From Vampirovibrionaceae bacterium NZW_1234 (GTDB taxonomy: Bacteria; Cyanobacteriota; Vampirovibrionia; Vampirovibrionales; JAGQHJ01), in assembly GCA_041697335.1 (NCBI GenBank), contig JBGUGD010000023.1, positions 32,001 through 96,000 of the forward strand: 64,000 nt of DNA, given 5' to 3'. The position numbers and the translations under genes were made by a program. Under the pieces are notes generated by a model that searched no databases, was not told where the DNA came from, and saw only the letters and a list, made by a program, of their open reading frames with translations. Shown piece after piece: positions 19,984 through 29,800 of this stretch. Each line of letters starts with the position of its first letter. Position 1 is the stretch's first letter.

Positions 19984-20826
19984 ATGAAAGATCCGTTTAT
20001 TACAGCCATCAATGCCCAGAAAGCGGCGTTGAGCTGGTTTGAGGATTTGGCCATCAACGCCTCCAACATTTACACCCCCGGTTACCGGGAGCGTCGGATG
20101 ATGTTTTCCGATTTCCTGAACGGCTTTGCCTATAACGAACTGCCCTATAAGTCGGATCAGGGTAAGGCCATGCCCGGACGTTCGCCATCGAACCTCTTCA
20201 TCGAAGGCAAAGGCATGTTCGTCGTCCGCAAGAACGATGGCACCATGGTGTACACCCGCCTGGGCGATTTCCGCTTCGACGCCGATGGCACCCTGGTCAA
20301 CGAATTGGGCTACAAGCTCCAGGGCTACCTGACCGATGAGAAGGGGAATATTATTAATACCGGCGCCACGCAGAAAAATGCCAAAGGGTCGCCCAACAAC
20401 CCCAACCACAATTCCGGCGGGCCGGGCCATATGCCCACCACGGAGATCAACCTGTGGATTGATCCCTCCAATGGGAAGTTCTTTGGGAAATATGATGAAT
20501 ACAAGGTGAAGGCCGATGGTACTGTTGTCGGCGTCTCTGACAAGGGCAAGAAAACGGTGCCGCTTTATAAAGTGGCGCTGGTGGCCTTTACCAATCCCGA
20601 GGGCCTGTCCCAGGTAGAGCCCAATTACTTTGCCCCGACCATTGCTTCCGGGGAGCCGGTGGAAGGCGCCGGGGAAATTCAAAGCGGCTTGATCGAAAAG
20701 TCCAACGTGGGCTTGCGGGAAACCGTCAACTACCTGTCGGAAGCCAAGTTGCAGCTGGATGTGACGTCGAAGCTCATCAGCACCAACAAGCAGTTGCTCC
20801 AGGAATCGCTGCGTCTGGTGCAATAA
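19984..20826 (+). CDS. Flagellar hook-basal body (rod/hook) protein, FlgG/FlgE-like
   Basis: N-terminal INASNIYTPGY, YTRLGDFRFDADGTLV, FTNPEGL, SGLIEKSNV. Confidence 0.88.
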   Translation: MKDPFITAINAQKAALSWFEDLAINASNIYTPGYRERRMMFSDFLNGFAYNELPYKSDQGKAMPGRSPSNLFIEGKGMFVVRKNDGTMVYTRLGDFRFDADGTLVNELGYKLQGYLTDEKGNIINTGATQKNAKGSPNNPNHNSGGPGHMPTTEINLWIDPSNGKFFGKYDEYKVKADGTVVGVSDKGKKTVPLYKVALVAFTNPEGLSQVEPNYFAPTIASGEPVEGAGEIQSGLIEKSNVGLRETVNYLSEAKLQLDVTSKLISTNKQLLQESLRLVQ

Positions 20827-21061
20827 GGTATCGTCGTCGTTCTGGTGCCAAAGCCGCCCGAGGGCTTGTCTCAAGGGATTCGGCGGTCTTGCAGTGGCAT
20901 GAATGATACTTCCCATCTCTCTCTCTCGTTTCTCTTTTCTTACGCTTATCTTTCTCTATCTCTTTCTCTGTATCTTTCTATCTTCCTTTCTTCGCTCTTC
21001 TCTTCTTCGATATCCTGTTTTCCGGCCTGTATCCTCTTCGGGGTACAGGCTTTCTGTTGGG

Positions 21062-21163
21062 CGCGTGTTTTACGCGTGAATTTCGCGTGATTGGCGCGTG
21101 AAACGCGCGTGTTTTGGTTCTTTTCACGCGCCCCGGCGCGTGTTTTTCGCGTGTTTACGCGTG
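21062..21163. repeat. Phased CGCGTG hexamer array
   Basis: CGCGTG at 21062, 21073, 21084, 21095, 21106, 21137, 21148, 21158; inverted copy at 21125. Confidence 0.85.
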
Positions 21164-21612
21164 AATTTTCAGGGCGGTTTTCAGTTGGCGGCAGCATCCA
21201 TCATTAAAAAGCGGCTGCCTGAAACTGTCTGAAAAGCTTGTGTATTGTGGGTTTTAAGCTTTTTTGTCATTGTTGACTCCAGCGCAGAGGGTGGGGGAAT
21301 GGGGGTGTGATTTTTTATTTTTGGCGATTTTCACGCGGTTTTCCGTGTTTTTACGCGAGTTTCGGTGTTTTTAAGGGTTGTGTATTCTGCTATATCTTTA
21401 TTATATAGATGAAAATGGGCTGATCGGCTGATTTTAAGAATGTTTTAAGAATTGATGGGGCGAAAATGTTCTTTTGAAGAGGGTTGTGTGGTATGGTGGG
21501 AGGGGATGCCCTTGAGCAGGGCTTTCGGAGGAGAGTGTTAATCGGCTGTCGTATGGTCTGAAAGAGGCACGCCAGGTACGATTAAGAATGGGTTTTTCAG
21601 TAAAGGGATGGT

Positions 21613-24243
21613 ATGGAAATCACACTTTATTCCGAAGTCAAGGCTGTGGCGTTAAAGCCCCTGTTTAATCAAATCCTCGGCGTATTGGGTCTGATTGTTG
21701 TGTTGATTGGGCTGGGTGGGCTGGTCGGCCATTATTCGGGTGTCGGGCGCTTAAGCAGTTACCTGACGGACCCGCATGCGCCTGAGATGCACGTGCTTAC
21801 TGCTGTTGGACTGATGTTTTTGGGGATGGGCATTAAAATCATTCTGGACAGCACCCCTTATGCTGAGAAACCCCAATGGCTCTGGCCTTTGCGTTATCTG
21901 GCCATACTGATTCCCGGTTGCATCGGCGCCTATTATACCGGGCTTTATCTGGTCACATCCCGGCTGAATCTGCTGGAGCTCCTGACAACCGGTCTTCCTG
22001 AAATTGAGCTGCCCTTTCTGACGGCTATCTGCCTGCTTATTTCCTCGTTGGCCTTGCTGGCCTTTTTAAAACGACAACACTCGGAAACGGTTGTGGTATA
22101 TGCCGTAGGGGTGCCCGGCCTGCTGCTGATGGCTATTGTGACAATGGCTCTGGTGGGATTGATGACGGCGATTCCCATTTTGTATAACTTTCAAATGTCT
22201 CTGCCTACCGCCCTTGGTTTTGGAATGCTTGCCCTGGCTTTTCTGCTGGGCACCCTTCCCTATCGGGGGATTCTGTTGCCGGTATTTTCCAGGAACCGGA
22301 AAGTCCGCTTAATGGCGATTCTGATGCTGGTATTGGGGGTTGGGGTATTGGCTCATGGGATCGTCAGCATTGTCTATTTCGATGCCCTGACTCCATCCGT
22401 CGGGGTGCCTGGGCCAATGGCGCTGGACAGGCTGAAGGTGTATGCCTTTCTGGGGCTGGGGGCCATGGGGCTTTCGGTTTTCGTAATGATGCTGGGGCTT
22501 CGTGCTGTGAAGTATTACGACGAGATGATCCTGCTGGAAAAAGTCCAGGCGCAAGAGACCCAGCGGGAGCAGATTATCCGTCAACTGGTTCAGGCGGTGC
22601 ACAGCTCTTTGTCGTTGGACGAGGTGTTTCAGCGTATCGTGTCGGCCCTGGGGAAGTCCCTGGATCTGGATCGCTGCTTTATTACCCGCTATGACCAGAT
22701 GACGGGTGACGTCATTCCGCCGACCGAGGAGTATCGTTCGTCACAGGCGGTGACCAGTATGATGACCATGGACCGGATGTGCTGGCTGGGGCATCAATGC
22801 CAATTTGCGGATCTGGTCTGCCATGCGAAGTCGATCCTGGAATTTTTGCCCGAGAGTCCAACGATGACGTTCACCGACGACTTCAGACATTTTATGGAGG
22901 TCTGCCAGATTAAAAGTGGGCTTGGCTATGCTGTGACCTATCAACAGACATGTCATGCGATTTTGTTTTTGCATCAAACCCGCTATATACGGGTGTGGAC
23001 GGAGGATGAGAAAGAGATCATCCGGCAGGCCGCAGAACAGATTGGCATTGCCATGCATCAGGCCGAGCTGCTGGAACAGTTACGGCAAAGTGAAATGCGG
23101 CATCGCATTATTTTTGATGCCAATATTATCGGCATCTTTTTCTGGGATCGGCAGAGTGGCCGGATTGTGGATGCCAATCAGGCCTTTTTGGAGATGGTGG
23201 GCTATACGCGTGAGGATCTGGACCAGGGCATCGTCAATTGGAAAACGATGACACCGCCGGAGTTTCGAGATAGGGATGCCCAGTGTTTCGAGCGCATGGA
23301 CGATCAGGATCCCGAGCGCCGCTGTGGGCCCTATGAAAAACAATTCATCCGCAACCATGGGCAGCAGCGCATTGATGTTCTGGTCGCAGGTGCCTATTAT
23401 CCCGAGCAGCGGGAACGAGGTGTGGCGCTGGTGTTGGATATCTCCGAGCGAAAACGGATTGAAGCGGAATTGCAGGCCGCCAAAAGTGTGGCCGAACAGG
23501 CCAACCAGCGTAAAAGCCAGGCACTGGCCAATATGTCCCATGAGCTAAGAACGCCGCTCAATTCCATTATTGGTTATTCGGAGATGATGTTGAGCGGGAT
23601 GGCCTCTTCGCCGGAGAAGCAGACCAAGTATGCCAGCAATATTTCCTTCAGTGGACGCCATTTGCTGGACATGATCAATGACATTCTGGATATGTCTAAA
23701 ATTGAAGCCGGAAAACTGGAAATTAAGCCGGAGCCCATTGCTTTGCCCGGATTCCTGGAAAGTATTAAACAACTGGTCTTGCCCTTGGCTGTGGAGAAGG
23801 AGGTTGATCTGGACATCGCCATCGAGCCCCAGGTCGACAAAGTATCCGCCGATCCGGCTCGTTTGAAGCAGATTTTCCTGAACCTGTTGAGCAACGCGAT
23901 CAAATTTAACCTGGCCCACGGGGAAGTGCGCGTCAGGGTTTCCCTGTCGCCGGATCGGCGATGGGTGATTTGTGAGGTCTGCGATACGGGCATCGGGATT
24001 TCAAAATCGCAGCTGCCTCAGGTGTTTGATGAATTCTATCAGGTGGAGCGGACCAGTCGGGTGCAACAAGGTACAGGACTGGGTTTAACGCTGACGAAAC
24101 GCCTGGTGGAATTGCATGGCGGAACCATTGAGGTGGAAAGCCAGGAAGGCAAGGGGACGACCTTTACGTTCCGACTGCCGACAAGCCAGGCTGAATCCTA
24201 TTTCCCTGCGTCGGTGGTGTCCAGGCCACCGGAAACAAATTAG
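21613..24243 (+). CDS. Membrane sensor histidine kinase (multi-TM, GAF, PAS, HisKA, HATPase)
   Basis: About 8 TM segments; GAF-like region; PAS ([12 protein letters not shown]); H-box [10 protein letters not shown]-box [20 protein letters not shown]. Confidence 0.93.
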   Translation: MEITLYSEVKAVALKPLFNQILGVLGLIVVLIGLGGLVGHYSGVGRLSSYLTDPHAPEMHVLTAVGLMFLGMGIKIILDSTPYAEKPQWLWPLRYLAILIPGCIGAYYTGLYLVTSRLNLLELLTTGLPEIELPFLTAICLLISSLALLAFLKRQHSETVVVYAVGVPGLLLMAIVTMALVGLMTAIPILYNFQMSLPTALGFGMLALAFLLGTLPYRGILLPVFSRNRKVRLMAILMLVLGVGVLAHGIVSIVYFDALTPSVGVPGPMALDRLKVYAFLGLGAMGLSVFVMMLGLRAVKYYDEMILLEKVQAQETQREQIIRQLVQAVHSSLSLDEVFQRIVSALGKSLDLDRCFITRYDQMTGDVIPPTEEYRSSQAVTSMMTMDRMCWLGHQCQFADLVCHAKSILEFLPESPTMTFTDDFRHFMEVCQIKSGLGYAVTYQQTCHAILFLHQTRYIRVWTEDEKEIIRQAAEQIGIAMHQAELLEQLRQSEMRHRIIFDANIIGIFFWDRQSGRIVDANQAFLEMVGYTREDLDQGIVNWKTMTPPEFRDRDAQCFERMDDQDPERRCGPYEKQFIRNHGQQRIDVLVAGAYYPEQRERGVALVLDISERKRIEAELQAAKSVAEQANQRKSQALANMSHELRTPLNSIIGYSEMMLSGMASSPEKQTKYASNISFSGRHLLDMINDILDMSKIEAGKLEIKPEPIALPGFLESIKQLVLPLAVEKEVDLDIAIEPQVDKVSADPARLKQIFLNLLSNAIKFNLAHGEVRVRVSLSPDRRWVICEVCDTGIGISKSQLPQVFDEFYQVERTSRVQQGTGLGLTLTKRLVELHGGTIEVESQEGKGTTFTFRLPTSQAESYFPASVVSRPPETN

Positions 24244-24935
24244 TCCGCTTCCGGATCAGGGGTTTCGGAATCGGTGATGGTGCGGAACGCCTCTTCGATT
24301 TGTGTGCGGACGGCCAGGCTTTTCACCATTTTTTGGAGGACCTCTCGCTCGAAACTGAGACGGGCTTTTACCGAGGTCGTTTCCAGGAGTTCCTGCTTCA
24401 GCACCAGGCTGCCGCGCAGGTTTTCGGCAATGAAAAACGAAATTTCATCGGGGGAGACAGGCAGTTCCAGGCCTTTGAACTCTTTGTGGAGGATTTTATG
24501 GGTCATGCGGATGGCGTCCAGAAACAGGGCGACGGTTTCCGTGACCAGTTTTTTGGTGACGTAGCCGTCTCGTTCGTCTTCTACCCAGGTGACATCCCCC
24601 ATGAGGTAGGGCTTGCTCTCGTCATCGTACTTCTGGACCCGAAATCGGGAGCCGCCTATGACGAGGATGTTCATGCGGCCATCATCCAGGATGTCGTGCT
24701 CCACGATTTCAGCCACCGTTCCGACATCAAAGGGAATGCCGATGCGTGTCTCGGGGTTGTACTCCTGGCAAAGCTGAATGCCGAATCGTTTGTCCCCGGC
24801 CAGCACGTCGCGCATCATTTCCCGGTAGCGGGGTTCGAAAATATGCAGCGGCAACACCATGTTGGGAAACAACACGACGTTGGGCAAGGGAAATAAGGGC
24901 AACCGACTCTCTGTCACAACACGTCCTTCCATCAA
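24240..24935 (-). CDS. Lon protease substrate-binding (LON N) domain protein
   Basis: [23 protein letters not shown] motif; no AAA or protease domain. Confidence 0.9.
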   Translation of the reverse strand: MMEGRVVTESRLPLFPLPNVVLFPNMVLPLHIFEPRYREMMRDVLAGDKRFGIQLCQEYNPETRIGIPFDVGTVAEIVEHDILDDGRMNILVIGGSRFRVQKYDDESKPYLMGDVTWVEDERDGYVTKKLVTETVALFLDAIRMTHKILHKEFKGLELPVSPDEISFFIAENLRGSLVLKQELLETTSVKARLSFEREVLQKMVKSLAVRTQIEEAFRTITDSETPDPEAD

Positions 24936-25004
24936 AAGGGTGCTGTTTCTATTTTACTTGGGAATCGTGAAATTGCGTGGCGGGGTCTGGCGACCACGAC
25001 ATCT

Positions 25005-25481
25005 TTAGTGGGATTGCGACAGCAGCGGCTTCTTCTTCGGGTTGGCCTGGCAGGTCTGGCAACGGCCAAAGAGCTTGAGCTGGGCGTCCACGAGTTCAAA
25101 CTTGGCTTGTTGGGCAATGCCCACGGCAATTTCAAAGACCTCGATGCTGACAAATTCTTCGGTGCTGCCACATTCGACACAGATAATGTGTTGGTGCTGC
25201 ACGCCACCATCCCCGGAACGGGAGAGTTCGTAATGCTTGTGATCTTCGGCAAAGTCCAGTTCCCGCAGCACGCCAAGCGAAGCCAGGAGCTTCAGGGTGC
25301 GGTAGGACGTCGCCAGGCTGATGTCGGAATTCTCTTGGCGCAGGATGTTTTGCAGGTCTTCGGCGCTTAAATGCTCCCCCTCCGGCAGTTGAAAAAAGAT
25401 GTCCAGGATTTTTTCCCGCTGCGGGGTGATACGAAACCCCTGCTCGCGTAACATGGCCGATAAGGCTTCACGTGAGACCAT
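25005..25481 (-). CDS. fur: Fur-family transcriptional regulator
   Basis: GFRITPQR, HLSAED, SLATSYRTL, HQHIIC..C, C..C. Confidence 0.9.
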   Translation of the reverse strand: MVSREALSAMLREQGFRITPQREKILDIFFQLPEGEHLSAEDLQNILRQENSDISLATSYRTLKLLASLGVLRELDFAEDHKHYELSRSGDGGVQHQHIICVECGSTEEFVSIEVFEIAVGIAQQAKFELVDAQLKLFGRCQTCQANPKKKPLLSQSH

Positions 25482-25700
25482 TGTAATACCTTTGTATTCC
25501 TGACCCCTTCACTATAACACAAGGCTTTGGGGAATTTGTATCTCTGACGTTCAGGTGAGAGTTTTAAGATTTTTCTGACGTCGCAAGTCAACTTATACCT
25601 GTGAATATTCTCAAGGGCCATAAGTAGTTGTGCGAAATACGCTGAGGCCCTTGATAAACGGCATGCAATGTTTCCAATTGTTACGAAGATCGGACTTGCT

Positions 25701-25728
25701 TAAAGGAGAGGTGTCCTGGAATCGATAG
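25701..25728 (+). promoter_or_regulatory. Possible sigma28-type promoter
   Basis: TAAA-N16-ATCGATAG upstream of ORF 25772. Confidence 0.3.
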
Positions 25729-25771
25729 TTTTTTAACCAATACTTTTTATCGAAGAGAAGGAGCCTTTAAT

Positions 25772-26353
25772 ATGAGAGTGCCCCCGAAACAGCCACGTGG
25801 TTTATCAAACCTGTCAGAGGGCAGTGTCGCTCCTTCTAAGCAGTCTGTTCCTCCTTCTAAGCCCTCTGCAGATTCCTCTGGTGATGTTGTTGAGATTAGT
25901 TTTAATACAATCAATCCAGAGCCTCGGCCTAAAATTGAAGATGTTCTACCGCACTATGCTGTTCCAAAGCCGGATGAGCAAGTTTATCCGCCTTTTTATA
26001 AGCCTCCCGGTATTGACCCGTTTTTGCCACAAAAGGGCGGCTGGCCACCTCCACCACCATCCCAGCATCAGCCTCAACCGCCAAAGGATCTCAAGGAAAT
26101 TGAGGATCTCTTAGTATCGCAGCCACTTCAGGAATCTGTTTCAGTAGAAGTAGAGCCCTCTGGTGATGTTGTTGAGATTAGTTTTAATACAATCAATCCA
26201 GAATCTCCACCTGGCATTGAAGAAGTCCTTCCTCCTTTGAGCGGGGCCCCCGTCCCGTCAGCTCAACCGGGTACAACAATCACGCTTGAGGAGCTTTTGA
26301 AGCTTGTGAATGAGCCTCCTGTTACGCCATCGGGTGAACCTTCCAAACCGTAA
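25772..26353 (+). CDS. Pro/Ser-rich hypothetical protein with duplicated SGDVVEISFNTINPE motif
   Basis: AAGGAG SD; identical 46-nt in-frame repeat at 25875-25920 and 26157-26202. Confidence 0.7.
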   Translation: MRVPPKQPRGLSNLSEGSVAPSKQSVPPSKPSADSSGDVVEISFNTINPEPRPKIEDVLPHYAVPKPDEQVYPPFYKPPGIDPFLPQKGGWPPPPPSQHQPQPPKDLKEIEDLLVSQPLQESVSVEVEPSGDVVEISFNTINPESPPGIEEVLPPLSGAPVPSAQPGTTITLEELLKLVNEPPVTPSGEPSKP

Positions 26354-26800
26354 CCTATGTGCTGATGTAGGGAGCCTTTCGATTTATAAATGTTGCTTCC
26401 GCTCTGAATTTGAGAAGAGATTGAGTCTCTGAGGAATTTGAACGAATTGAGGGATTCTCCTCACTGTTGCTTTTTACTCACTCAGTTGTGCAGGCGAGGT
26501 GACCTGATGCTTGCCTATGAGTTTGCATGAATATTGTCAGGAATTATATCTCTATCATTCAGCCATCGTTTTGTTCTGTCACCGGGCCGATTTTTGGCTC
26601 ATTATTTCTTTGAACATCTTCCCATTCGCAATGATTGGCGGGTTGAGATCGCAGGAAGAGATAAGATGATTTTTTTCATGCTTTTTTGCGATGTTGAATC
26701 GGCTATTTAAACCTGTTTTGGGAGAGCCTTTTCTCCTGAGCTCCCATCGTTTATGATAGGGAGGTGAATTCTGGCGCTCGTTTGACCGGGTTTGATAGAG

Positions 26801-29800
26801 ATGAAGCGGAAGCACCTACAACTGGCTGGTTCGATTGGCGTCATTACCCTTGGCGTGGTTACGGTTGGGTCCATGATGGTGGACCTGCTGATCCCCAAAC
26901 TGGTGGATACCCACGCCCTGAAAGAGCGGATTGAAGCTTCTGTTTTGGAGAGTACCGGCATTCGGGCCGAAATCCAGGAGCTGGCTATTCATCCCACGCT
27001 GTTTCACGGGGTGGAAGTCTACTTTAAAAGCAATGTCCTCTACGATCCTGAAGATGTGCGCGTGGTGCGCGCCGGGAACGTGGTGGTTAACGTCCGTTAT
27101 TTGCCCTTGTTGTCCCGTGTGACTTCGATTTCTCGGGTAACCTTCTCCAATGTGGCCATTTATATTGGTGAAAATAGCTTTCTGTTTCGGCTGAAAAAGC
27201 CCAAAGTCCCCTCGGACGAAGTGCGCTTTGAGGATACCGAAGTCCGGCTCCAGAATTACGAGTTGATGGTCGATCGCTATTTCGATGGGGTTAATAAATA
27301 CCTGCTCCGAGGCGATTATTTGACGTTAAAGCATGTTCGATCCAAAAAACCCCTGAAGCTAGATGGTAAGGGAGCGTTGAGCTTTGGCGTGGATGAACCC
27401 AATCGCCCGGTGGGACAGTTACGTATCCAGAGCAAGATGGCGCAGGCCATTGCCAATAAGCCCCATGTGGATTGGAAAGATATTCAGCACTTCCGGCTGC
27501 AACTGACAAACGTATACCTCGATACGCTGGCGACTATTATTCATTCCTATCGCCTGCCCCTGAGCGCCACCGGCAAGGTGGATCAGTTCATCGTGGATGT
27601 GCGGGGAATGGATAGAGTCAAGACACTGCGGATTGATTCGTCGACCCGAACGCCGACTCAGGTACATCTGTCGGATTATGATTTCCAATTTACCCCGGGA
27701 CGCTTTTTCTTTAATACCCGGGTGGATGTACACCCCGGAATGAAAAGCGCCAAGCTTGATGACCTGGTGTTGCAACTCGCCGGGCAAAAGTTTCATGCCC
27801 TGGTTCAAGGCAAAATGCTCTTGAAAGAGCCCTTTGATACCAGTTCCGTGGCCTTGCGGGTTCGTTCCCAGGCGCTGCCGATAGCTTCGTTTGCCTTAGT
27901 GCCCATTTTTAATACCCACCAGGAACGTCGTATCCGGTCGGTCCAGGGAGAGTTTGCCACCGACCTGCGCGTGTTCGGTACGCCGGATACACCGATCCTG
28001 AAGGGAAAAGTGGACTTCCATCGCTTTTCTGTGCCCTCGCTTACCAATCCTAAGCGCTTTCTGGTGAAAGATGTTTCCGGGACCCTGTTGCTCCAAGGAC
28101 CTCAGGTGTATGGCGTTCGAAACCTGCGAGGGGTCGTGGCCAATAGTCCGGTGGCGGTGAATGGTAAGATTGATCTGAAGAAGCGACTGATTGATGCACG
28201 TCTGCTCGCCAATAGCCTGGATTTGGGAACCATGTTCCTGCTCATCCGGGAGTTTGATCCCCATGTGCGTCTTCTAAATACGTGGCAGGCGGATGGACGA
28301 CTCGGAATCAACCTGAGAGCAAAAGGGGCCGTCCGTAACCCTTGGCTGGAGGGCCATGTCAGTCTGCAAGATGTGTCGCTGACCAGCATTCGGGATAAAA
28401 GTCCCTGGCTGCGCCATTTGTTTGGTGATGTTCATTTTAAAGGGATGAATGTCGTGATTCGTCCGACCCGGTTTGTCCTGGGCGAATCGCCGGGGGACGT
28501 GCACGGGCAGATTAATCGCCAAAAATCCTGGCTGGATTTGGCGATTCGAATTCCTAAGCTGAATCTGGCCACAGTGCAGACCATGATCAATGATGTCCTT
28601 CAATTGTCGGGACGCTCTGTCGAGTGGCTGGCGAAGTCGTCGCTTTCCGGAAATGCCTATACCGATATAACGGTGACAGGACATTGGAAGCGCCCCCAGG
28701 TGAAAGGCTTGATGAGCCTGAAAGAGGGACGCTTGACTCGCAAGGATAAATCCGTTGACTTTAGGCAGATTCAAGGAACCATCGCTTTTCAAAAGGATGT
28801 GATCGTCCTGAGTCCTCTGTCGGGCGTGTTTAATACCATCCCGGTAACCTTGCAGGGTCGGATTCTGGACTATTTTAACCGCATAGACATGGGTGTGAAA
28901 GCCCCGTCGGTGGATCTGGCCCAGTTGGCGAAGGTGCTTTCCTCCTTTCAGCCCAATCTTCTCCGGAATATCGCCCTGGCCGGGGGGGCGTCCTTTGATT
29001 TGAATGTGGCCGGGTTGCTGAGAAAGCCCGATGTGACCGGAGCCATTCAGCTGACCAATGCCCGTGTGGCCTATACCCCTCAGCAGGTGGTGTTGCAGGG
29101 GTTGACCGGTGGGCTGATGCTTCGTCCCGAAATCATTGATGTGCAATCCGTGCGGGGCCAGTTTGAAGGGGTACCCTTCCTGTTGAGCGGTTTTGTCGGG
29201 ACCAAAGGCGATCGCTACTCGATGCGGCTTCAGGCTTCCCAGGTCCCGCTGACCCGTTTGGAAAGCATTGCTGCCACGTTTATGCCCGGGATGGCCTCTA
29301 CCTTCAATGAACTTGGGATCTTGGGCGGGGTTGCCGATCTGAATCTGCTTTTGGCTTCGAACTTGCCCAATAAAATCGGCGGGTCGGCTACCATCATTGG
29401 TCTCACGGCGATGCCCGCCCGGCTGGGTTCCCCTTTTTCTATTGCTCGGGCGAATTATGATATTCAGTCGGGACGATTATCGGTGCCCCAAGGTGGCATT
29501 CGGTGGGGGGAGCTGGCGTTTAGCTTGAACGGTGTGGCTAATGCCGCTGGCTATAATCTGCGTCTCCTGTCTCAACCCTTCCCCATGGCGTTTTTGAGAG
29601 ACAATGAAGCACTCTTGAACAACCTGTTCCGGATCGATTTGCCGGAGATCTACAATGCATCCGGGAACATCCAGCTGGATGCCCGTTTGACACCCCAGCA
29701 GACCGAGGCCACACTCACCTTCCAGAACGCCGGTGCCTCCTTTGCAGATTTGAAGTACCCGCTGTATAACCTGATTGGGTCGATTCACTTGACCGTACCT

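Noticed and set aside
18343..20916. 857-aa minus-strand ORF
   Set aside because: Antisense shadow of fliJ, fliK-like and flgG/E, which have clear motifs; no motif of its own
20845..21197. 81-83 aa ORFs over the CT tract and CGCGTG array
   Set aside because: Low-complexity artefacts; an 11-bp period does not preserve a reading frame
21200..21600. Chromosomal replication origin
   Set aside because: No TTATCCACA-type DnaA box cluster and no dnaA/dnaN nearby
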